Source: Tubiluchus corallicola
Taxonomy: Eukaryota > Animalia > Priapulida
Length of the DNA stretch: 64,000 bases
NCBI GenBank assembly: GCA_030141605.1
Contig: JAQGDQ010000383.1
Span: forward strand, 1-64,000
Direction: 5' to 3'
A program made the position numbers and the translations under genes. Under the pieces are notes generated by a model. The model ran no database searches. It was not told where the DNA came from and saw only the letters and a list, made by a program, of their open reading frames with translations. This document shows, one piece after another, positions 53,307-64,000 of the stretch (its first letter is position 1; each line of letters begins with the position of its first letter).

Positions 53307-55099
53307 ATATTGGGGGTACATAGTTTGTACAAAACTAAATAACATTACACGGCAACTGTTCTTCTTCATACTGGCCTTCCAGCACTGTGACATCACTTGC
53401 CTACGTCATCCGGTTATAACAATATTGAAGTTACACATTTTGTACAAAATTAAATTTCACAGTTAATGCATATAACGAAACAAGCTCAACTGAGCTACAA
53501 CATCCCAGAATGCAAAGGCCTAGTATTCTGCAAAGGCTGACCTTGTTATAGACATGCTGTTGTGGCTCAGTCGGTAAGCAAATTGTCCACAAGAACAAGA
53601 ACAACAATAAGAATAACAACGCAAGTCAGTACTAGTATCCTATTCTGGGGTGTAAAAATGCGATATGCTGTAGCCATATCAAGCGCGGGAAACTGATGGA
53701 AAAACTAATAATCGCACAATAATCATCGTTGTTATGAAGTTGCACGGTTTGTTATGTTTACAGTCATCAGCGGGAAATGCCGCTTAGAGCAAGCTTGCTT
53801 TGTCGGAACACAAAGGCGACCTTAGATATTAAATAAAGATTCTTATTACAACGTCATTTTTTATTGTGTTCAGCGCATGTAATGTCTAAAAAATAAATGA
53901 TATTTTTTCTCAATCAAAATGAAAGTGTGAAAATGTATAAAAATACTCTGATTTTTACTATAAGATGCCCGCATCTTAACAGTGGAAATTGTGAGTTCGC
54001 CCTGAGTTGCCTTTGTAATTAAGTTGTAGCCTGCAGGCTGTCTGGGAATAGTCATTAACCAGTACATAACCACAGACCTACATCTATGCTTTTATTCTCA
54101 GACACAAAAAGTAAGTAAATCTAAGGAAGAAGGACATTTTTCTAAATTGTGACAAACGACTTCCAGAAATTATGTATAATTTATGAAAACCGTGTATTAC
54201 GGAAAATATTGAAGTTGTCAGGCGTTCTGACGCAGGCTCTTACCCGCCAGAATTGAGTGACTTGCAGTGGCTGATCCAGAGCTGTGGTGCGCCGAACAGA
54301 GCAGAGCTGAACATCAGTACAGAAAATCTGTCAGGGAGATGTAGATTCGTCGCAGATGATTATAAACGCATGTTGTCTTTGATGTATGTTTAATCTGTGC
54401 TGGGGGAGCCGGCATTTAAAGTGCATAAATTTAGCCAATATTTTGTCGCGTGGATCTAAATCGAACTTTTGAAGCCAGACTTGTAATCGCTGTAATAAAA
54501 AAACAGCCACGCAGTCAGAATTTTATACACGTATTAGTTCTGCATATTAAATGTCGTCTTTGAACGCAGATGTTGGATTTCAATTTTCTACGCCTGTCAT
54601 TCAAAGTTATTTCACTCCAAGCGAGGAACAGTGGACCCTGGACATTTATAAAAATCAAAAGACAGATTCGTATTTAAACACATGCTTGACGATGTAACAG
54701 ATTTAAAAGTATCAGCCAACTGGTCGTTTTTACCAATGTTTTAATAAACCCACAAATTGTGTATTTGTTGTTTTTCCTTGTGTATTTATTGTACCGTACA
54801 CGAGTGTGTCATATTTGTGTGTGAAATAAATGTGTAATATTTCTCATTAGGTCTTAATGATGCCTTTATGACTTACATTTACTACTGCATGAACTAATGC
54901 AGAGTTCATTACTTCTTTTTGTTTCTTATGTAGTTTTTTCGTCACTTATCGTATATTAGTTTACTACTTTTGTTTGCTTCCTTGCCTACTTACTTACCTA
55001 TGTATTTATCCGCTCGTTTACTTTTATCTATATTCTTCATTAATTTCAATATTTGATTTGTTTGGTTGTTTGTTTGTTCGATCATTTAACGCTGGTTAC

Positions 55100-55500
55100 G
55101 ACTATGACGATGATGCACAATAACGACGATGGTTATGACGACGTAATGATGTGATGATGGTCTTTTATTAGAATACATACGAACGGTGATGATGCTAATG
55201 ATATGATGTTGTTGTTGATGATGATAACGACGACGACGACGACGACGACGATGATGATGATGACGATGGCGATGATGACGATGGCGATGATGACAATGAC
55301 GATGTAATGATGTGATGATGGTCTTTTATTAAAATACATACGAATGGTGATGATGCTAATGATATGATGTTGATGATGAAGATGATGATGATGATGATGA
55401 TGATGGCGATGAGGATAATGACGATGATGACAATGACGATGACGATAATGATGATGATGGCAATGGTGATGATGATGGTGATGATGACAATAACACCGCT
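55100..55500. repeat. (GAT/GAC)n compound microsatellite containing a duplicated ~70-bp unique block
   Basis: gtaatgatgtgatgatggtcttttatta.aatacatacgaa.ggtgatgatgctaatgatatgatgttg occurs at ~55143 and ~55304. Confidence 0.9.
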
Positions 55501-58500
55501 AGTGACGATAAAAGATAACGACGATAATAAAAGCCCTATTTTGTGGGACCATCTATAGACGTGCATCATATTTTTGTAGTCGATATTATTACATGATGAA
55601 AGCACGGAGCTCGTAAAGGTATGACGTCCAATCTGTCATAAAAGCACTTCTTCCCGGTCAAAAGCTTTAGCAAGAACAGGAAACCTCGTCTCATGAATGG
55701 TTCATTATGTCCTGCATACACGAGACCATATTGATCATGATCTCACGAAAATTTATAATGCAATCAAAGCACTTGAACGCGGGTCTTGCAATGACGGGAA
55801 GAAATGAGAGAAATTTAGTATGAAGTTAATAAACTTTGCGCAAAAGTTCGACCGAAAATGAAAATGCTGAAATCAACTGATCCAATCAACAAAGGCAAAT
55901 ATAAAAACTTTTCCTGTTCGTTACGTAATTAACTTTCTGATTTTTAGGCATGCTTAACAAGAGATCATATATATTTTGTTTTTCTATATAAATATAGTTG
56001 CAATTGCATAAGGCTCTCTGTTATGGCATAGCGTTACAAAATAGTAAGTGCAGATCTGAGGACATCAATTAAACGGATTATAGCGCTTTAACTTTGTCAC
56101 TTAATGAAAGGTGGTGGTGGTGGTGAAGGTAGCAGCGACAACGTGGTGTGAATACAGATGATGATGGTGCTGGTGTTAGTGGTGACAGCAGCGGTTATGA
56201 TGGTGGTGGTGGTGATGATAATGGTAGTGTTGGTGGTGACACCTTCAGCGGTGATCTTCATGATGATGGTGGATAGTGAAGATGGGAACATGGCGCGATA
56301 GTAAGGGGGGTGGCGGCGATGATGGTACTAATGGCGCGGCAATGGTAATTGTGAGGAGCTTTACATTTTCTTAAATATCTTCAGTGCTTTTAGAAGTTCG
56401 TTTTAATAGCTAATTCACATCACAAATAAATACTAAGCTAAAACGCTAAAAATGCAATGATCTACATGTAGTTACTCATCTTACAAACGTAAAAAAGCAG
56501 TTAACTTAGATTGGAGTGTCAGTCTAAAATGCAAATTTTAGAAAAAAAGCACTGATGCAAAAAACACAATTATAATGGCTTTTTGCCTCTGTTCAATAAC
56601 AACTTCAATCGCTTATACTGATGCACAGCAAGCTTATTAAATTCAATAAACACAGTGTTTCAATTTCCACACAATGAAGGCCTTCATAATATGCTATCCA
56701 TTACAAGCATTAATTAACGTCAACACAGACAATAAACGCATAAGACGGTTATTTCGCAAGACGTGACTGACAGCATTCATTATTAACTGAATCATATTAA
56801 ATCTTTAACTAATTAAAATGCTTTTGCAATTTTATGTCTTTTCTGATAATATATGAAATCAGCATAGCATACAATTATAGCTGATAATCCATAGTTGGTT
56901 ATTTTTGAGTTTTTAAGTGTCATGCTATTAAAAAAATTGTTAAATGGAAACGTTTTAAGTATAAAAAGGATAAAAATAAACCACATAGAACACAATAATA
57001 AGGTATTTAAAACATAAGAAAACCCTTCATTTACCTAAGGCTTAAAGAGTCATTTTGAAATTTTATACCACTTACATGCTATCTCATTGCATACAGGGTT
57101 TGCGTTAGTAGTAACTCTTTATAAAACATGAAAATTTAAAGTCAGGCGATGACCGTTATGCGTAGCCATTTTGACGATAAACAATATGAAATAAGTTTAG
57201 ATAACATTCCGTAAAGTCTGAAAAAATAATCAGAGCATTCGATTTTAAATTACTATGTCTTGTCAATAATATTAAAAATAAGTTTCGTGACGTCGTGTAA
57301 TTGCGAGGTCGGAACAGTACCGCAGGAGATTTAAAATTAAAACAAACAAAAATTCCTTTTAACGCAAATACGATATACCCTTAAAACTGCTGTAAACTAA
57401 TATAATTTTTCAGGTGATTTTTCTGAGACCTACTCCAGGGACCCCTTTTCTTGTTAATTACGTGCTAGTACATGTGTAAAATTACTGCAGTAGCTATATA
57501 AAGCCAGCTTTGATGCAAAGGTATTTCTGTTAATTTTATTATGTTGTTTCATTTTGTTAATTTTATCCCCCGTAAACCTCAAAATATCTGTAAATTGATT
57601 ATTCTCATTTACACGATTTAGTTATTATCTCGTCAGACAATATTAAATCTACCCAATGCATGGTAACAAAACGTATGCGTATATATTGTAATTATTAAAA
57701 AAAGCCGTGGTATCTAAAAATCAGTTTTTTATATAAGGGTGGCTACTCGATGACCCTGGTCTTTCGCCACCCCGGCTCTATTTTGTTTATATAATTTACT
57801 AACTATAATTTCATACCCTTTGTAATCTCATTGAGAGAGACAAATAAAAATTTTGAATTGGATGGAATTGAATTGAATTGATGCCACCTAAATTCTCATG
57901 AATGCGATTAACGTTAACCTACTGTTGACTATAAGGCCACTGTACGTGTGTCGAAAAACTAATTCCTGACTAAGTGAAACCACAATCATTGGCATTATTG
58001 GACTCTATTCCGGAAAGTAGGCCTACATTTGGACCACAAATTATTCACAGTGGTCTAGTAAACAGTCTAGCAAACGTTTCTACCGCGTTTTTTTCAGATT
58101 CAGTATTTTCTTCTGTATAACTTTGCTTGCCCAATGTCCAACTAGGTAAAAAACAAGATTTGTGCAGTAAAGTATACATTTACATAATCTTTTAACATCA
58201 TTTAAATTAAGTATAATTGTCTTTAATCAACATTTTCATTACTTTTGAGCATACATTTTACTCATTCTTCTACTGATTAATCGTAGCTGATTCATTTTGG
58301 CCGTAAATATGTTTTGTATCTGTAAAAATATGAAATAAAGAAACCTAAGCTAACCCAAATATAATTAATTAAATTAGTTGTATCTAAATAATGAACAAAT
58401 TATAAAGCTTACACAAATGCAGAATTATTATTACAACGTATATAAAACGGGTTCTTGTGAGGTTGCACAAATCGAAAATAAAATCTTGTTCAGGGTAACA

Positions 58501-58509
58501 AAAAAGCTT

Positions 58510-58529
58510 CACACACACACACACGCACG

Positions 58530-58594
<65 letters not shown>
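58510..58594. repeat. (CA)n microsatellite
   Basis: Direct reading. Confidence 0.95.
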
Positions 58595-58596
<2 letters not shown>

Positions 58597-60159
58597 CACA
58601 CAAAGCAGAAAAGCATGACTTATGAATAAGAAACATCATCTATTGAACTGGGTGTGATTCTGACATGCAGGTTTCTTTTGCAACTGTGCGGATAATGCCA
58701 ATCTTAGAGCTCATTTGATTTCCTAATCGATTTCGCCGATTTTCTGCTGCCTGAAAAACTAGTGCTATACACAGCATGACAACAACGTAAAATTAGTGAG
58801 CAAATAACATTGAATTGCACGACGCAGAGAATGTTGTAGGGGGAGAAGGAACGGTTGCAGGTAGAAAAATGCTGGACACTGGTGGTAACTCACATGCATG
58901 TTTTCATTAAAAACATTGCGTTGGTTGCCCGTAGAGCAGTGATGGGCACTGGTGGCTGCTCCTTGCAAGTTTTCGTTAAGAAAAGCTCGTATGAAGCCAA
59001 TTATTTTTCGAAACTACCTGCACAAAATAAAGTACTTCCAGAAACTATGTAGTTTATATGATTTATTTCCAAAATGTCATGGTAAACATTCATAAGCTGT
59101 ATACATTCCAACGCAAGAAACAAAACAGGAGTATTAATTAAAGATTTACAAATTAAATTTACAAATTAATGAGCTCATTAAAACCTTTGTATCCTGATTA
59201 ATTTTAGATCTTTGAGCATTGCACTAACATGCTGAAATGCTTTGGACTTATTAAATAGAGGTCTCGGTGAGCTTTTGCTTTTGCCAGAGCATAAATGAGA
59301 TTTACAAATTAATTCAAATATCGGTTTAGGTCAAAAAGGTAAAGGCCAGAGCAGAAAGGCAAAATAGACGAAAAAAGCGCGAGAATGTGCAAAATATAAA
59401 TAAATAATACAAAAAAAGAATCGAAACAAATTGACAGCTGGTTACTTTAGTTAAAAATGTTTAGAAGGTACAAAACAAAATGATAGACCACTTTGTCACA
59501 GTCAGCAAAACTAAAAAAAGGTAAATGAAACTGAAGAAACAGCGAGCGCGAGAAACGATCTATTCACCCCGTGGTTGCCTGCTACTCCAACAAATTATTA
59601 AGTAAAAATACTTGCTTTGAAAATGTATCATATTATTGTACTAACGACGCAAACTTTCTGCGAGCAATTATTATATAAATTCATACAAGGAAAATCAGAC
59701 AAACTCATTAACTGCGCAATGATTCAGCCACTGTTGTCTTTAAAATCACGAACACAACTAGTAGGCTTAAATTATAATTATAAATCTGACGATATACTAG
59801 CCTACATCCTTTTCTGGATTTTAGATAATGAATAATATGTAATTGAATTTTTACAGTTATCAATGATATCAATGAAACGTTTTCGAGATACTGACATAAT
59901 AATAAATAATTGATAATAATAGATAATAGAATTATGTAAAACTAATAAACTATACGCTATTCACAGATATTCAAGCTACACTATTAAAATCAGTAAAATA
60001 CAATGGACTCTAGCTTGCGAGCAACCTGTTTCATCATTTTTGCAATATCTACTAATGCATGTAAATAACATTGTGAGAGACATTACGTTTAAGTAAAGAC
60101 TGCAACAACTAAAACGGTCACAAAATACATAGCTTTACGATCACAAGCCATGAAGTAGA

Positions 60160-60230
60160 ACAACAATCAACAGTGGTTTCGGCAAAGGCTGTTGTCATCA
60201 CCAGTATGAACCAAAAAAAAAACGTGGAAG
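60160..60230 (-). ncRNA. Degenerate Penelope-type minimal hammerhead ribozyme motif, copy 1
   Basis: Minus strand CTGGTGA-t-gacaa-cagcct-ttgcc-GAAAC. The core differs from CUGANGA at A6. Confidence 0.45.
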
Positions 60231-60369
60231 AATAACTAGCACTTTTTCGGATATATTTTATCAATATAACAACGTCAAACATTATGTGTGATTTGTATTG
60301 ATAAAATTGATAAAAAAATGAAATTTTACCACATACCCACAAGTTTATTCGAGAACAAACTAAGACTTT

Positions 60370-60435
60370 TTTCTACGTTTTTAGGTTTACACCGATGACG
60401 GCAAGAGCCTTTGCCGAAACGTCTGTTAATTGTTA
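60370..60435 (+). ncRNA. Degenerate Penelope-type minimal hammerhead ribozyme motif, copy 2
   Basis: tttaca-CCGATGA-c-ggcaa-gagcct-ttgcc-GAAA-cg-TC-tgttaa: stem I, core with U4->C, stem II, GAAA, palindromic ACGT stem III. Confidence 0.55.
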
Positions 60436-60700
60436 TTATAATCAAGTTTGTTGTGGAAATACTTCAATTACAGAATGCATTGGCAAACTCTGCATCTAAC
60501 AGAACGCACGTTATTAAAAAAAGCACCAGCAAAACAGAAGAATTGCATAATGCATTACATTACATTACAAATCATCAGCCGTGTTAAAAACAAAGAACAA
60601 GGCAGAATATTAAATAAGTAAGCATTTTATTTATAGGCTATAATACAATAATCAATACATGAATAAATATTACTGGTATGTATAAAAACAAAATGGCATG

Positions 60701-60760
60701 AAGTTTAATAATTTAAAAATATTAATAAAGAAGTTTAATAATTTAAAAATATTAATAAAG
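60701..60760. repeat. Perfect 30-bp tandem duplication
   Basis: aagtttaataatttaaaaatattaataaag x2. Confidence 0.95.
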
Positions 60761-61667
60761 TGTTGATTGGCGAAAGGCTGGCGGAAAAATTAAAAGTTAC
60801 CAAAGTTAACCACCCTGTTATACATTAAACGTAAGCAAACGTAAATACAGAGGAGACACCCTGAAGGCGGAAATTCAGAATTTGTTTTTAATGCCTCAGT
60901 CACACAAGAACTACGTTTCTCTGCAATTTGCTTCTCACAAAATACCACCAAGATTGGGTTTCGTTAAGTAAATAAGTAGAAATTTGAAATCCTGGGTGAT
61001 GTGTTTAAGTTGTAATGTTAGAAACGGATTAAAGTGTTTAAGAACGCCAGAAAACGTGATACGATACTTCACAAGCCACATAGATGAGCCAAATTTACCC
61101 TAATCATGCGTTTTGTCCTGAACATTCAAACGGCGTATTTAGAAATTATAAGACATGCTGAGTAGCTGAGAGGCATAAACGACTGACACAACAGAAAAGC
61201 ATGTAGGAATGACATCGACCTCTTTTGTCTGTCATAAAAAGCTGACAGGATTTTGAAAGTTTCCAAAAGCGGCATAAAGACAAGATTATCCTAACATAAG
61301 CCTATTTTTTCTTTTTTTAGCTGTAGTTTTGCCAGAAAATGCGTACAAAGAATAATCAAAATTAAAATAAAACGCTGATAGTCTGATAGTTTGAGTATCT
61401 TGCTTAGAAAAACCACAAAAATCAAAATAAACACTCTCAGTGACACAACATTAAATAATCTTTTCTCTACAAATGAGTGAGTATTAGGCTTGCAAGAACA
61501 AATTTCATCTAACAAATCCAACAACTTGACACGAATCTTACACTGAACGCCCACTTAACTGACAATTATATTAAAGGGAAAGAAAATGCAATTTTAATGT
61601 ATGTCCTAAGAAGCTTTCCACCCAAAGTTATATTAAGTAGCATTCCGCTTATTTGTTTGATAGACAT

Positions 61668-62008
61668 CCTTACCTTAGACCTTAGTCCTTCCTGTGCATT
61701 GATGCACATTGGGCAGACCATTTTTCCTGTTTGGAACATTGTTCTTACATTCCAGGTGCCAATTTTTGTCACCTTTGTGGCACTCAGTATAGAGTTCTTC
61801 ATCGGATGCTGGGCTTCCTCTCGGCTTTGACCTAGCATCGTCATAACATGGGTCGAACTTTCTGCTTTGTGCCGATTTGTGTCAGTAGATTTGTTTCTGT
61901 CTGTTTCTGTAGCAATTGAGAACTTTTACAGGATAGGGGAGCTAACCCTAAGCCCAACCCTCCTCCTCTCTCAACCGGGCTTGGGACCGGCTATGGCGGA
62001 GTTCAAAA
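61668..62008 (-). mobile_element. Internally deleted (bipartite) RTE-clade non-LTR element, 341 bp, with 10-bp TSD
   Basis: RTE 5' UTR motif CCGGTCCCAAGCCCGG...GGAGGAGGGTTGGGC and the APE start KIGTWNVRTM, joined directly to an RTE-like 3' end with a TAAGG repeat tail. TGATAGACAT lies at both 61658-61667 and 62009-62018. Confidence 0.85.
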
Positions 62009-64000
62009 TGATAGACATACGTAACTAGAAAAGAAAATTCTGGGTAACTTAAAAAGTTCTCGCCAACTGGTAAAATGTCCCCGAGTCACCTTCCCAGTGT
62101 GTATCAGTGACTCTCCAAAAATGCATTTTTAATCTTATTGGCAAGATAAATTTATACTTTTGCTTAGTTCGTGAAGTGTGTGATACAAATGCTCTGATTA
62201 TTTTTTGAACCATTACGCAATGTTACCTGAACTTATTTCAAATGACTTACGTCAAAATGGCTGCGCCTATCGTCATCGCGTGAGTTCAAATGTTTTATAC
62301 AGCGTTACTGCTAACGCAAGCTATCTGCGCAACAAGACAGTACGCACGCAATTTGAAATTTCAAGACGAACTTTTTTAGTTTTATGTAAGAAAATGGTTT
62401 TCTTGAGTTTGAAAAGTTAAAGGAGCGTCAACTATAACGCCTCTCCTTTTTAACAGGTGATGCAATACATTTTTGAAACAGATTCCACCGCATCAATTGT
62501 TTACGAGGCTTGTATCGCCACCTAATGCCTACTCAAATAGTGCTTTCATCATTGACTTTTTGTTTTCAACTGGATTTCTGTGGAAACTACAAATCACGGC
62601 GCTGTTTTACAATTTGCATTTGATTGTTGCTAAGGAGAGCACGAAATGAAGCCGCTGTGGAGACGATTCGATCCGGATAATCACGGACTGAGGAAGCCAA
62701 TTCGAACAGCAGTTGTAAGGCATAAAGTACACACTCTTTTTAAAAACTAATCCGGTTTATTCGGTTAACACTTACAATTCTAACCAGATTCCTTGTTTTC
62801 AATTTACTGAATGCCCAAAGGCGAACATCGGAAATGAGTTTTAATGCATCTGGGACTGAAGAAGTAAAACGAACAAAAGTGATTTTAATTATTTTGCTTA
62901 AACTAAAGGCCAGCCAAGTACACAAACATGATCACCTGGGAACAAATTCTATTATGAGATAAAGGCAACGAATTTGTTGTCTGTTGCAAACAAAGTTTGT
63001 CAAACCAAGTCTAAATCGTTGGCAACATATCCGGGCTAATTTATGTCGAGCTCAGATATTTATGTTATGTCTGATTCCAGTTTGAGGAGCTCATAGCCCA
63101 TCTAATGCCGGCTCAACCATAAAAGCCGCAACATGTTTTATTTTATGATTCGACAATTCGTGGTCCTATTTCCTTTCTTTTTCATTTCTTATTTTCATTT
63201 CATTTTCCTATTCTCTCACCCACGCACTCTTTACTCCCTTCGTTCATTGTCATGATACCCATATAAGTCTTACTTCCTGGATTTCATGCAGCAATATTGT
63301 TTGTAATTTTTGTTTATTGATGTTCTGTTGTTTTTCGCCTGTGAACATTATTAAGTGAATCAATAAATGCCTAACAGATAATTATCTAAATGAAGTATCC
63401 AAATTTAACGTATTTGTTTATTTCTCAACTTGGTACACTTAGCATGTCTGACATCTCAAGAACTCATAAAGCTCAATTTCAAAGGTGGAAGCACATTCTT
63501 ATCATTCTGATTTCTGTTACATTTGTTCAGACAGGAAATACATTAATCATTGTCAAACAAAATTTTATTGATTTTACTTTCTACTTTGCACAAAATTCTG
63601 GGTATTAAGTTAACACATTTCTGTATGTAAATCTACATACATTGACATGTGACAATCATACTGTATCTATAAAAGTTTAACGAGACGGTTAATCAATGAA
63701 TAGTCCCGTTCGATCATGCTCTTGTTGATCCAATTAGTCGGCGTAATAGTCTCATTACGCAGGTGATATACGTTACAAGCAATTAAACCAGTGAGACAGT
63801 AAATCATAATAATTAGCGTATGTATCACGGAACGTCTGCACTTTGTAATTATGCTATTTTTCAGCGGATAGAAAAATAATTACCACTTTAGCAATTTGTC
63901 ACGCCTGTAGGCATAATAATTAGGCCCATGCGCAATAAAGAAATTCTTATAACACCGATATAGCTTAGAAACGCAAGTTAGTTACGACCAATGAAATGTT

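Noticed and set aside
62685-62712. ctgaggaagcc...cgaac as a third hammerhead
   Set aside because: Lacks GAAA and a pairable stem II.

Overview
AT-rich, intron-containing animal (invertebrate) genomic DNA, with no prokaryotic, CRISPR or viral content. I assembled five protein-coding genes by hand and checked their splice phases. (1) A 7-exon secreted trypsin-family (S1A) protein on the minus strand (16164-9418, 269 aa); the ORF track shows only one of its exons, its catalytic Ser195 is replaced by Ala (GDAGNP), and it uses a GC-AG intron. (2) A 4-exon DEDDh exonuclease of the AEN/ISG20L2 group (19960-24860). (3) 3-exon mitochondrial ribosomal protein MRPL41 (27297-31498). (4) 9-exon CCDC15 on the minus strand (40687-33519), with an apparently duplicated internal exon. 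(5) An intronless type-1 tyramine (Oct/Tyr) receptor GPCR (46377-47756). The first 3.2 kb is an array of ~1.7 kb Helitron-like units carrying a GTG-rich minisatellite, with a foldback junction at a 7-bp microhomology. The rest holds LINE fragments, several MITEs, a solo LTR, a 341-bp bipartite RTE element with a 10-bp TSD, an inverted pair of Penelope-type hammerhead motifs and simple repeats. Family names come from motif recognition, not database searches. I found no evidence of a new multi-gene system; the pseudo-protease and the mobile-element structures are the best leads.
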